From Alphaproteobacteria bacterium (GTDB lineage: Bacteria > Pseudomonadota > Alphaproteobacteria > Rs-D84): a stretch of DNA of 64,000 bases. The stretch's first letter is position 1. Each line of letters opens with the position of its first letter. The translations under genes and the position numbers were made by a program. The stretch lies in NCBI GenBank assembly GCA_033345195.1, contig JAWPOE010000008.1, positions 112,940 through 176,939 on the forward strand, written 5' to 3'. Below are positions 1-9,804 of this stretch, piece by piece. The notes beneath the pieces were generated by a model. It was not told the origin of the DNA. It made no database searches and saw only the letters and a list, made by a program, of their open reading frames with translations.

Positions 1-474
1 ATTCTTTAACATAAACCAACCCAGACGATAATCTGAGACGTATACTGTTATCATAAACAATGCCAAGATACCAATCACAATTAAAACATTGCCTTTCTTG
101 CCGCGCATGCAATACAACGATATATTGTAAAATAAAAACAAAACATACGCGTCAACCAACATGCTGATTACCCAAATCGACGTGCAATTAAACGCCAACG
201 CATTCAATATCAATATAACTGGATATATAAAAAATATTGATGCCAAACCCTTTATCGCGATTTCCCAATCACGTTCGCCACCCGTAATTTCAGATACCAA
301 CATCATTAAACCGCCCATGACAAACAGTAACGCAACCGCCAACACAGGAATAATAATAAACGATGTAAACAAAGAACCAATTGTAAATGTCGCACCGCCA
401 ACCAACTTTATCAGCAATACCGCAGCACCACCAATCAAGCCGTATATAAATGCCTTTAACATTGATTCTTCCAT
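1..474 (-). CDS. Partial membrane protein, 5' part only (the ORF runs off the window start and is not in the ORF track). Multi-TM, Yip1/DUF-like. Hand-translated N-terminus: MEESMLKAFIYGLIGGAAVLLIKLVGG...
   Basis: My own translation of the reverse strand from the ATG at 474-472 gives a long open frame with several hydrophobic helices. The overlapping + strand ORF 161..505 looks like antisense noise. Confidence 0.4.
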   Translation of the reverse strand, partial: MEESMLKAFIYGLIGGAAVLLIKLVGGATFTIGSLFTSFIIIPVLAVALLFVMGGLMMLVSEITGGERDWEIAIKGLASIFFIYPVILILNALAFNCTSIWVISMLVDAYVLFLFYNISLYCMRGKKGNVLIVIGILALFMITVYVSDYRLGWFMLKN

Positions 475-622
475 GTTGCCGTCTGCAACAATTTTTGTAA
501 AATAGCGACGCGGATTCACAATGACATTTCGAATATGCCCAAATATTCCGACTTTCTTTTTCTTCATAATCATCACCTTCATTTGCTTATTTCTATTTTT
601 GCTTTATAATAACAAAAAATCA

Positions 623-1972
623 ATGGAAAAAGTGATGATAAAGATAACGATTGCTGGACGACCAAATACAGGAAAGTCTACATTATTTAATGCCCTGACG
701 GGGACGCGCGACGCACTGGTTCATGACAGACCGGGTGTCACACGCGATACAATTTCTGGACAATTTAAAAACCGTCCGTACATGCTGTACGACACGGCAG
801 GCCTGGAAAACGCGCGTTCTGGGATTGCGTTGGATTCAACCAATATGGCAATCGATGCAGTTGCCAGTGCAGACGCCGTATTGTTCGTCGTTGATGGGCG
901 TGTCGGATTAACCACCGAAGATTTAGACTGGGCAAAACTGGTACGACGCAAAACACGTGCGCCTGTGTTATTGCTGGTCAATAAAAGCGAATCGGAAAAA
1001 CGTCTGGCAAACGTTCATGACTTTTATAAGCTGGGGTTTGGCGCGCCGGTATTGGTATCGGCAGAACACAAGCGTGGATTCGATGAAATATTCGAATTTG
1101 TTGATAAAATTGCCGGTGTTGATGTGGCGCAAATCGATACACCAGAAAAGCCCACAGATACACGTATCAAAATTGCAATCTTGGGGCAGCCAAACGTTGG
1201 AAAATCCACATTCGTTAATCGTGTTTTGGGTGAAAAACGTCAAATTGTTATGGACGCACCGGGAATTACACGTGACACAGTCAAGATACCAACAAAATTC
1301 TATGGGCGCGACATTGTCTTGATGGATACGGCCGGTTTACGCCGCAAAGCGGGCGTGACAGACGATGTTGAAACACTGTCTGCGTTAAAATCATTGGATG
1401 CAATTGACAAGGCGGACGTTGTTATTCTGATGGTTGACGCAACACGAAATATCGAAAACCAGGCACTGGGTATCGCAGGACGCGTCTATAACGCAGGGAA
1501 AATACTGTGTGTCGCGTTGAACAAGTGGGACCTGATTGAACCGGAAATTCGTGATGAAAAGTTATTAAAACTGAAACATCAATTCTCTAATTCTTTTCAT
1601 CAAATTATAAAGCCTATGATTTTGGCCGTATCGGCAGAAACAGGTACAGGCGTGCAGAATATGTTCCGACGCATCTATGAACAATGGGATATTTCAATGA
1701 CCCAGGCACCAACCAGTCTGATTAATAGAATCGTTGAAAAATTGGTTAGTGACAGACAGCCACCGTTGTCGCGTCTGAAAAGACCAATGAAAATTAAGTT
1801 TGCACGTCAAACAGGTCGTCACCCGATGCGTATAACAATCAATGTTGGTGGTGCGTCTGATATACCAGAATCTTATACACGATATTTGCGTCGTGGGTTG
1901 GCAACGGCACTGAAATGGGAACATTTGCCAATCGTTATCGATTATGAAAAATCAGACAATCCATATGATTAA
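623..1972 (+). CDS. der: Ribosome-associated GTPase Der (EngA), two tandem GTP-binding domains
   Basis: Two Walker A motifs (GRPNTGKST and GQPNVGKST), DTAG motifs and NKxD, with a C-terminal KH-like domain. Start moved to the internal ATG at 623 (MEKVMIKITIAG); the upstream part of the track ORF reads as a hydrophobic artefact. Confidence 0.9.
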   Translation: MEKVMIKITIAGRPNTGKSTLFNALTGTRDALVHDRPGVTRDTISGQFKNRPYMLYDTAGLENARSGIALDSTNMAIDAVASADAVLFVVDGRVGLTTEDLDWAKLVRRKTRAPVLLLVNKSESEKRLANVHDFYKLGFGAPVLVSAEHKRGFDEIFEFVDKIAGVDVAQIDTPEKPTDTRIKIAILGQPNVGKSTFVNRVLGEKRQIVMDAPGITRDTVKIPTKFYGRDIVLMDTAGLRRKAGVTDDVETLSALKSLDAIDKADVVILMVDATRNIENQALGIAGRVYNAGKILCVALNKWDLIEPEIRDEKLLKLKHQFSNSFHQIIKPMILAVSAETGTGVQNMFRRIYEQWDISMTQAPTSLINRIVEKLVSDRQPPLSRLKRPMKIKFARQTGRHPMRITINVGGASDIPESYTRYLRRGLATALKWEHLPIVIDYEKSDNPYD

Positions 1973-2063
1973 AATCGCCGGCAAATGCCAGTGTTTATTT
2001 TGCGTTTTTATTTTCATGTCAACGGTGATATAATATTTTTGGTATAGAGAGAGCCTAAAAACA

Positions 2064-2786
2064 ATGAAAAAATCATCGGAAATTATTATATCGCTGAAAA
2101 ATATTAACAAGATTTTCCCATTAGAGGTTGGTGGCGAACAACAGGTTTTGTTTAACATTAACTTTACGGTCAAATCTGGTGAATTTGTTGCGATTATGGG
2201 GCCGTCTGGGTCTGGGAAATCAACATGTATGAATATAATTGGTGCACTGGACACACCAACCAGTGGACAGTATGAATTATATGGTACCGACGTTACAACT
2301 ATGTCGCCAGACGAACTGGCAATCGCACGAAATGAATATATCGGGTTTGTTTTTCAACAGTTTAACCTGTTGCCAAAACGAACGGTGTTGGATAATGTTA
2401 TGTTGCCGTTGATGTATCGTGGACTGCCCATGCATGAACGTGTTGAACGCGCACGCGAAATGTTAAAGTTGGTGGGCTTGGAAAAATTCGAGTCTTATTT
2501 GCCAACGCAATTATCAGGCGGTATGAAACAACGTGTCGCAATCGCACGCGCCTTGGCCGGAAATCCAAAATTAATTTTGGCAGACGAACCGACCGGCGCA
2601 CTGGACAGTAAGATGGGGCATGATATTTTGCAATTCTTTAAGAAATTAAATAAAGAATTTGGTATCACAATCGTGATGATTACACACGAATTTGACATTG
2701 CAAAGTATGCAAATCGTTTGATTCATATTCGCGACGGCAAAATAAATTATGACGGAAAAATCCCAAAATCAGATGCAAAATTATAA
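2064..2786 (+). CDS. ABC transporter ATP-binding protein, MacB/LolD-like
   Basis: Walker A GPSGSGKST, ABC signature LSGGMKQRVAIARAL, Walker B ILADEPTGALD. Confidence 0.85.
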   Translation: MKKSSEIIISLKNINKIFPLEVGGEQQVLFNINFTVKSGEFVAIMGPSGSGKSTCMNIIGALDTPTSGQYELYGTDVTTMSPDELAIARNEYIGFVFQQFNLLPKRTVLDNVMLPLMYRGLPMHERVERAREMLKLVGLEKFESYLPTQLSGGMKQRVAIARALAGNPKLILADEPTGALDSKMGHDILQFFKKLNKEFGITIVMITHEFDIAKYANRLIHIRDGKINYDGKIPKSDAKL

Positions 2787-2810
2787 TCGTGGGGCAGGGG
2801 GGAATAATAT

Positions 2811-4028
2811 ATGACTTTTAACGATATTTTAAAAGAATCTTGGCTGTCAATCAGCGGAAATAAAGTACGATCTTTTCTGACCGTGTTGGGTATTATTATC
2901 GGTGTTATGGCGGTTGTGATTATGGTGGCCGTTGGTGAAACAGTGCAAAAGCAAATCACAGACCAGTTTTCATCACTGGGAACAAATACAATTATGATTC
3001 GTGCAGGCGCCGCACAACAGGCTGGTGTTCGTACAGGCAGTCGACAGACACTGACCATTCAAGATGCAGAATTTATTGGAAGACTGCCCGATGTTATGGC
3101 AATTACACCGGTTCAAAATGGTGCAGCCCAGGTTATTTATGGAAATAAAAACTGGGGAACATCAATGATTGGTGTGTATCCAGATTATACGACTGTTCAA
3201 AATGTTGAAATCGAATATGGAACATTCTTTGATATGGCCGCCGTGCGAAACGCGTCAACATATGCGGTAATTGGGCCAGAAACAGCCGAAGAATTAGGCC
3301 TGCCGAAAAATCCTGTGGGCGAAGTCATACGCGTACAAAACACCCCATTTGTTATCGTTGGCGTCACCAAGGCAAAGGGCGATTCCGCAATGGGCAGTCA
3401 AGACGATATGGTTATAATACCAATCACAACGTTAAAAAAACGACTGCAAGGGTCACGATTCCCAAATTCTGTTCAAATGGTTGCAATGAAATTATTTGAA
3501 TCTTCTGATAACAATATGGCAATTGAACAAATAACAGCACTGTTGCGCCAAAGACACAGACTGAAAGATGATGCAGTGGACGATTTCCAAATCATGGATA
3601 TGAAGCAGGTTATGGAAACAATGACAACCGTCACCGGATATATGAAACTGTTACTGATTGCGATTGCAGCGGTTTCCCTGTTGGTGGGCGCAATTGGAAT
3701 TATGAACATGATGCTGGTATCGGTCGCAGAAAGAACACGTGAAATCGGTATTCGCAAGGCAATTGGTGCACGCGAACGCATGATTGTGATTCAATTCTTG
3801 TCCGAATCCGTATTAATTTCATTTATTGGTTCAATGATTGGATTGGTTATTGGGGTTGGTTTGTCCCAAGGTGTCGGCCGATTTGTATTGGGATACAACG
3901 TACCATTCAGTATATGGCCTGTGGTGTTATCTGTATCTGTGGCGATAATCGTTGGATTGTCATCTGGGGTGATGCCAGCAAAAAAGGCGTCTAAATTAAA
4001 CCCAATTGATAGTCTGAGATATGAATAA
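2811..4028 (+). CDS. ABC transporter permease of the FtsX/MacB family, with a large periplasmic domain between TM1 and TM2
   Basis: N-terminal TM followed by a roughly 200-aa extracytoplasmic domain and a C-terminal FtsX-like 3-TM bundle. Adjacent to the ATPase gene. Confidence 0.8.
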   Translation: MTFNDILKESWLSISGNKVRSFLTVLGIIIGVMAVVIMVAVGETVQKQITDQFSSLGTNTIMIRAGAAQQAGVRTGSRQTLTIQDAEFIGRLPDVMAITPVQNGAAQVIYGNKNWGTSMIGVYPDYTTVQNVEIEYGTFFDMAAVRNASTYAVIGPETAEELGLPKNPVGEVIRVQNTPFVIVGVTKAKGDSAMGSQDDMVIIPITTLKKRLQGSRFPNSVQMVAMKLFESSDNNMAIEQITALLRQRHRLKDDAVDDFQIMDMKQVMETMTTVTGYMKLLLIAIAAVSLLVGAIGIMNMMLVSVAERTREIGIRKAIGARERMIVIQFLSESVLISFIGSMIGLVIGVGLSQGVGRFVLGYNVPFSIWPVVLSVSVAIIVGLSSGVMPAKKASKLNPIDSLRYE

Positions 4029-4056
4029 AAAACACCGGCATTTGCCGGTGTTTTTA

Positions 4057-6474
4057 TTACAATTGTGCACGAACTTCTTCTACCTCGTAACATTCGACAC
4101 GGTCGCCTTCTTTTAAGTCATTATACTTATCAAAAGACATACCGAATTCAACGCCACCAGATACTTCTTTTACTTCGTTCTTTTCACGACGCAACTGACC
4201 AATTTTACCGTCATAGATAACAACATTGTTACGCAACAGGCGAACATATGCATCTTTCTTGACCGTACCTTCGGTCATGCGACAACCGGCAACGCGTACA
4301 CCCTTGCCAACGGTAAACAGTGCAATAACATCTGCGTAACCGATAAAGGTTTCGCGCTTTTCAGGCGCCAATTTACCAGACAAGATTTCTTTGATTTCGT
4401 CTGTAATACGGTAAACAACACTGTGATAACGGATGTCAACGCCATTGCTGCGCGCCATGTCACGAACAACAGAATCTGCACGAACATTAAACGCAACGAT
4501 AACAGCACCAGATGCCGTTGCCAGACGAATGTCACCTTCGGTAATTTGACCAACGCCAGACGACAAGATTTCAACACCAACTTTGTCTGTATTGATTTCT
4601 TTGACCATGTCTGAAATCGCTTCTACCGAACCTTGTACGTCTGCACGCAGGATAATCGGCAAGATTAATTTCTTAGTCTCATCACGTTTTGCAAACAGTT
4701 CTTCCAATGACGAACGTTTAACTGCATTTGCCTTGTCCTTGGCCTTTTGTGCGCGGTATGCAGCGACTTCACGGGTTTGTGCCTCAGATTCCATAACGCG
4801 CAATTCGTCACCGGCACCCGGAACAGTGTTCAATCCCAACACAACAACAGGTTGACCAGGTTTTACAGACTTTACACGTTCGCCCGCAGAATTAATCAAA
4901 CCACGAACACGTCCAAATGTTTCGCCGACAACAAAAACGTCGCCGATTTTCAAGGTACCTTGGCGCATCAAAACAGTTGCAACGGCACCCAAACCTTTTT
5001 CTTGTTTTGCTTCGACAACATAGGCGACGGCTGGCATTTCTGGGTCTGCCTTTAAATCCATCATTTCTGCCTGTAATAAAATTGCTTCTTCCAGTTTATC
5101 CAGACCGATTTTTTTCGTTGCAGAAATTTCAACGCATTGAACATCGCCGCCCATTTCTTCGACTTGAACTTCTTGCTGCAACAGGTCTGTTTTAACGCGT
5201 GTTGGGTTTGCTTCTGGTAAATCAATTTTATTAATCGCAACGATAAATGGAACCTTGGCCGCACGGATGTGGTTAATCGCCTCTATCGTTTGTGGCATGA
5301 TAGAATCGTTTGCCGCAACCACCAGAACAACGATGTCTGCCATCTGGGCACCACGGGCGCGCATGGCTGTAAATGTTTCGTGACCTGGGGTATCCAAGAA
5401 TGTAATCATTGGACCAGATTTTGTTTTTACTTCGTACGATGAAACGTGCTGGGTGATACCACCCGCTTCGCCGGCGGCAACATTCGCATTGCGGAACGCG
5501 TCCAGCAACGATGTTTTACCGTGGTCAACGTGACCCACAACCGTCACAACAGGTGCGCGTGGCGCCAATTTTTCTGGGTTTGGTTCACGTTCAAGTATTT
5601 CTGCATATGGTTTTACATCTACACGCTTTACCGTTGCGCCAAATTCACTGGCAATCAATTCAGCAGTATCTGCATCAATGGATTGATTTACAGATACCAT
5701 CATACCCATTTCCATTAACTTTTTGATAACATTGCCAACCTTTTCAGCCATGGCGGCCGCCAAATCTTTGACGGTGATTGTGTCACCCAATGTTACAACA
5801 TGTTCAACCTTTTGCGGGGCAGTGAACATTGCGCGCGCCTTTTCACGGAATCGTTTCAAAGACGCTTCGGAACGGCGACGGTTTGCACCACGAATACCGA
5901 TTTCGTCATCATCATCGCCACCACCAATAACAATATCATTCAGGTGAATTTTGCCAGATTTTTTGAAATCTTTCTTTGAATTTGCAAATTTTGATGGACG
6001 TGAATCTTCGTCATCATTACCGCGATTCTTGCGATTATTCTGTGATGGCGCGGCATTATTGGTAAACACCTTTGGCGCAGGTGCGGGTTTTTGTGCACGT
6101 GGCGCAGATGGCGCTTCTTCGACAACATCAGCAGTATTTTCATCAGCGGTATTTTCGCGCGCATTCAGTTGTTCTTTGACGCGTTCGTATTCACGATTTT
6201 CACGTTCGATTTCTGCCTCGCGCGCTTTGCGTGCGGCTTCTTCTTCGGCTTCGCGCTTTTTACGTTCTTCTTCACGCGCCTTGGCGGCGGCCAATACTGC
6301 ACGCAACTTTTCATCTGTTGCATTACGTGGTGTGGCCGGTGTTGCCGGTTCATCGCGCAATTCTTTGCTGCCTGGGGCAATTACGCGACGACGACGTTCA
6401 ACAAATACTGCGTCGCCTTTTTTACTGCGTACTGCGTCAGTTGTCACAGATTTTCCAAGTGTCAATGTTGCCAT
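4057..6474 (-). CDS. infB: Translation initiation factor IF-2
   Basis: G-domain motifs [26 protein letters not shown]. Charged repeat-rich N-terminus. Sits upstream of nusA as expected. Confidence 0.95.
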   Translation of the reverse strand: MATLTLGKSVTTDAVRSKKGDAVFVERRRRVIAPGSKELRDEPATPATPRNATDEKLRAVLAAAKAREEERKKREAEEEAARKAREAEIERENREYERVKEQLNARENTADENTADVVEEAPSAPRAQKPAPAPKVFTNNAAPSQNNRKNRGNDDEDSRPSKFANSKKDFKKSGKIHLNDIVIGGGDDDDEIGIRGANRRRSEASLKRFREKARAMFTAPQKVEHVVTLGDTITVKDLAAAMAEKVGNVIKKLMEMGMMVSVNQSIDADTAELIASEFGATVKRVDVKPYAEILEREPNPEKLAPRAPVVTVVGHVDHGKTSLLDAFRNANVAAGEAGGITQHVSSYEVKTKSGPMITFLDTPGHETFTAMRARGAQMADIVVLVVAANDSIMPQTIEAINHIRAAKVPFIVAINKIDLPEANPTRVKTDLLQQEVQVEEMGGDVQCVEISATKKIGLDKLEEAILLQAEMMDLKADPEMPAVAYVVEAKQEKGLGAVATVLMRQGTLKIGDVFVVGETFGRVRGLINSAGERVKSVKPGQPVVVLGLNTVPGAGDELRVMESEAQTREVAAYRAQKAKDKANAVKRSSLEELFAKRDETKKLILPIILRADVQGSVEAISDMVKEINTDKVGVEILSSGVGQITEGDIRLATASGAVIVAFNVRADSVVRDMARSNGVDIRYHSVVYRITDEIKEILSGKLAPEKRETFIGYADVIALFTVGKGVRVAGCRMTEGTVKKDAYVRLLRNNVVIYDGKIGQLRREKNEVKEVSGGVEFGMSFDKYNDLKEGDRVECYEVEEVRAQL

Positions 6475-6535
6475 ATAGATTCACTCCGTTAATAATTTTC
6501 AAGGTGCAGTGGATTGACCATTGCACCCTGTTTTT

Positions 6536-8074
6536 TTACTCTTCGTCTTGTTTTATATCGTATGCGACTTCGCGTGCTTTCATAATTACACGGCCTGCCA
6601 AACGATTACTCATTGTGTCTTCGCCCAAGATTTCAACCAATTCATCTGTTGATAAATCAGCCAAATCTTCCAGCGATTTAATTCCTGCTTCGCCCAATTT
6701 CATGATTGTCGGACGTTTAATAAAGTCAAATGTTAACAAATCATCAGACATGCCCAATTTGTGACCATTGTCCAGATAGTCTTGTTCGACTTTATTCAAA
6801 TAGTCTTTTGCACGTTTCTGTAATTCTGATGCCAATTCCGCGTTAAAGCCTTCGATGCTTTCCAGTTCAGAAATGTCAACAAATGCAATTTCTTCGATTG
6901 TACGGAAACCTTCGGTAATCAGTAATTGTGCAATCATTTCATCAACGTCCAGACCGCCAATGAACAATTCTGTCTTTTCTTTAAATTCTTTGGCGCGACG
7001 TTCTTGTTCTTCGGTCTCGTTCATAACGTCAATATTCCAGCCTGTTAATTGTGACGCCAGGCGGACATTCTGACCACGACGGCCAATTGCCAAAGACTGC
7101 TGATCTTCGTTTACAACGACGGCTGCGGTACGTGTATCTTCGTCAACGATGATTTTTGCGACCTTGGCCGGTTGCATTGCATTAACGATAAATACAGCAG
7201 GGTCTTCGGAATACAAGATAACGTCAATTTTTTCGCCATGACATTCGTTAATAACCGGCTGAATACGTGTACCCTTGATACCAACAGTCATACCAACCGC
7301 ATCAATTGAAGGATCAGATGTTTCAACAGCAATTTTTGCGTGTGAGCCAGGTGCACGTGCAACAGATTTGATTTTAATCAAACCCTCGTAGATTTCAGGT
7401 ACTTCTTGAACGAATAATTTTTCCATAAACATTGGGTGTGTACGTGTCAAGAAAATCTGAGGACCTGTATTAGAACGTGCAACATCCATAATCAATGCAC
7501 GAACACGGTCACCAACCGTCAAACGTTCGCCAGGGATTAATTCTGTACCCTTGATATAACCTTCGGCCTTGCCATTAATGTCGACAAAAACATTGCCGAA
7601 TTCAATACGTTTAACAACACCGCTGACGATATCGCCGATGTTATCTTTGAAGTCTTCGTACTGACGACCTTTTTCAGCGTCACGTACGCGTGCGGTCATG
7701 ATTTGTTTTGCGGTTTGGAATGCCATACGGCCAAATTCTGGTTCTGGCAGGGCATCTTCGACCACGTCGCCAACGACCGGGCTTTTTGCATATTTCTTTG
7801 CCTGGGCGACAGTTAACATTGTGTTTGCATCATATTCTTCGCCAACAGATTCTGGTGATTCAATAACATCAAACAAGCGTTTAACATAAATCGCACCGTT
7901 CTTGCGGTCAATATTGGCAGTGATATTAAATTCTTCGCCATATTTATGTTTTGCAATTTTGGCAATCGCCGCTTCTAGTGATTCAATAACGATTTCACGG
8001 TCAATCTGCTTTTCCTGGGCCAAAGAATCAATAGCTAATAGCAAATCTTGACGAGGCATAGATACAAAAGACAT
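6536..8074 (-). CDS. nusA: Transcription termination/antitermination factor NusA, with C-terminal acidic repeat extension
   Basis: N-terminal NusA domain, then S1 and KH domains. Classic nusA-infB order. Confidence 0.95.
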   Translation of the reverse strand: MSFVSMPRQDLLLAIDSLAQEKQIDREIVIESLEAAIAKIAKHKYGEEFNITANIDRKNGAIYVKRLFDVIESPESVGEEYDANTMLTVAQAKKYAKSPVVGDVVEDALPEPEFGRMAFQTAKQIMTARVRDAEKGRQYEDFKDNIGDIVSGVVKRIEFGNVFVDINGKAEGYIKGTELIPGERLTVGDRVRALIMDVARSNTGPQIFLTRTHPMFMEKLFVQEVPEIYEGLIKIKSVARAPGSHAKIAVETSDPSIDAVGMTVGIKGTRIQPVINECHGEKIDVILYSEDPAVFIVNAMQPAKVAKIIVDEDTRTAAVVVNEDQQSLAIGRRGQNVRLASQLTGWNIDVMNETEEQERRAKEFKEKTELFIGGLDVDEMIAQLLITEGFRTIEEIAFVDISELESIEGFNAELASELQKRAKDYLNKVEQDYLDNGHKLGMSDDLLTFDFIKRPTIMKLGEAGIKSLEDLADLSTDELVEILGEDTMSNRLAGRVIMKAREVAYDIKQDEE

Positions 8075-8239
8075 TTATATACTCCTTCGCGTTTATTTTA
8101 TGTCTTATTGAAAGAGCGGGATTCATTCCCGAACCCCGCCCTTAAAAAATTATTTAAGAACACTGTGTATTATATAGACGAAATATTAAAACGCAAGAAA
8201 AATCTGCATGTTAATAAAAATGTGGAAAAGGCGGGTTTT

Positions 8240-9313
8240 ATGGTCTATAATCGTGTCACTATGATGAAAATAATAAAATCTTTGTTTATGCCCAGCGCAA
8301 GCAAGACGACCGCGGGCGAATTGGCCAAAAAATTTGGCTTGGAATTACGTGGAAACGCAAATGAGCCTGTACGTGGTGTTGCACCAATCGCAGATGCCCG
8401 CGCCGGACAATTGGCGTTCTATTCTACAGAACAAAATAGTAATGCCTTTAAAATTTTACCGATTGAGGTTTTACAAAAAACACGTGCAACTGTGATACTG
8501 GTTCAGCCAGAACAGGCAAAACACGCACCAAAGGGGGCGACGCTGTTAATCACAGACAGTCCACGTGGAAATATTGTAAAAATATTGGGTGAAATTTATA
8601 AAGAAAAACCACGTTTCGGTATCAGCAAGAACGCACATATTGACCGTGGGGTGTTCTTTCGCAAAAGACGTACAAACTATGTCGGACAATTTGCAACAAT
8701 TGAACGCGGGGCGGTAATCGAACCGGGCGCAAAGATATACCCATATGCATATATCGGTCGAAACGTTGTTATCGGACGAAACACTATCGTTCATGCACAT
8801 GCGCATATTGAAAATGCAACCATCGGTGCAGATAGTGTTATAAATTCAGGTGCAGTAATCGGCAAAGACGGTTTTGGATATACCCGTCAAAATGGCAAAA
8901 ACATATTTATCCCACACGTTGGCCGTGTTGTTTTGGGCGAACGGGTATCTGTTGGGGCAAATACATGCATTGACCGTGGCGCGATGACAGATACGCGCGT
9001 GGGGGACGGCACAAAAATTGACAACCTGTGTCAGATTGCACATGGCGTTGTTATTGGTTCTGACTGTTTCTTGGCCAGTGGCGTTGGCCTGGCGGGCGGT
9101 GTTGTGGTTGGTGACCGCGCGTTATTGGGGGGACATGTTGGTGTTGCAAACGGTGTACATATCGGAAACGATGCGTCCGTTGGTGCAAACAGTGGGGTTT
9201 TCCGTAATATTCCGGACGGGGAATCACACATGGGATATCCGGCGGGCCCAGGAACAGAATTTATGCGTCATTATGCATGGTTAAAAAAACAAATGAAAAA
9301 CGATAAAAAATAA
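8240..9313 (+). CDS. lpxD: UDP-3-O-(3-hydroxyacyl)glucosamine N-acyltransferase
   Basis: Left-handed beta-helix hexapeptide repeats and a LpxD-like N-terminal domain. Track ORF trimmed to the ATG at 8240; the upstream extension overlaps the nusA start. Confidence 0.85.
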   Translation: MVYNRVTMMKIIKSLFMPSASKTTAGELAKKFGLELRGNANEPVRGVAPIADARAGQLAFYSTEQNSNAFKILPIEVLQKTRATVILVQPEQAKHAPKGATLLITDSPRGNIVKILGEIYKEKPRFGISKNAHIDRGVFFRKRRTNYVGQFATIERGAVIEPGAKIYPYAYIGRNVVIGRNTIVHAHAHIENATIGADSVINSGAVIGKDGFGYTRQNGKNIFIPHVGRVVLGERVSVGANTCIDRGAMTDTRVGDGTKIDNLCQIAHGVVIGSDCFLASGVGLAGGVVVGDRALLGGHVGVANGVHIGNDASVGANSGVFRNIPDGESHMGYPAGPGTEFMRHYAWLKKQMKNDKK

Positions 9314-9328
9314 AAGAGAAGGAAAGAC

Positions 9329-9772
9329 ATGATTGACGCAAAAGAAATTGAAAAAATAATTCCACATCGTGGCGATATGCGACTGGTTGATGAAATTCGT
9401 GAATATAATGACACCAGCGCAGTTGGTATAAAATATGTTCGTGACGATGAATTCTGGTGCCCAGGACATTTCCCAGGCGACCCAATTATGCCGGGTGTAT
9501 TGCAAGTCGAAGCATTGGCGCAAACAGCGTGTTTTGTCGCATTCAGTCGCATGACTGACGAAGAACGCAAAGACATGTTGGGTTATTTTACAACCATGGA
9601 AAAAATTAAGTTTTCACATATGGTACGCCCAGGCGACAAATTAGAACTACATGTCGAATTATTGATGACTAAAATGAAATTGTATAAATTCCATGGACTG
9701 GCAATGGTTGGCGGAAAAAAGGTAGCAGAGGCAACATTTACCGCAGTCTTGCAAAAGGCGGTTAAAGAATAA
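9329..9772 (+). CDS. fabZ: 3-hydroxyacyl-ACP dehydratase FabZ
   Basis: Hot-dog fold motifs HRGDMRLVDEI and FPGDPIMPGVLQVEALAQ. Immediately downstream of lpxD. Confidence 0.9.
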   Translation: MIDAKEIEKIIPHRGDMRLVDEIREYNDTSAVGIKYVRDDEFWCPGHFPGDPIMPGVLQVEALAQTACFVAFSRMTDEERKDMLGYFTTMEKIKFSHMVRPGDKLELHVELLMTKMKLYKFHGLAMVGGKKVAEATFTAVLQKAVKE

Positions 9773-9804
9773 CAAAAAAATGCCGGCAAATGCCGGCGTT
9801 TTTT

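Noticed and set aside
161-505. 114-aa + strand ORF at the window start
   Set aside because: Low-complexity translation with no motifs. It is antisense to a convincing multi-TM reading frame on the minus strand that runs off the window.
5951-6478. 175-aa and 133-aa + strand ORFs inside infB, and similar antisense ORFs inside ileS, metG, pheT and gyrB
   Set aside because: Antisense frames within highly conserved genes. Ser/Arg/Ala-rich or Cys-rich composition is typical of reverse-frame artefacts.
8048-8239. N-terminal 64-aa extension of the lpxD ORF overlapping the nusA start
   Set aside because: The extension lies in the nusA promoter/5' region with no homology. The internal ATG at 8240 gives a canonical LpxD N-terminus.
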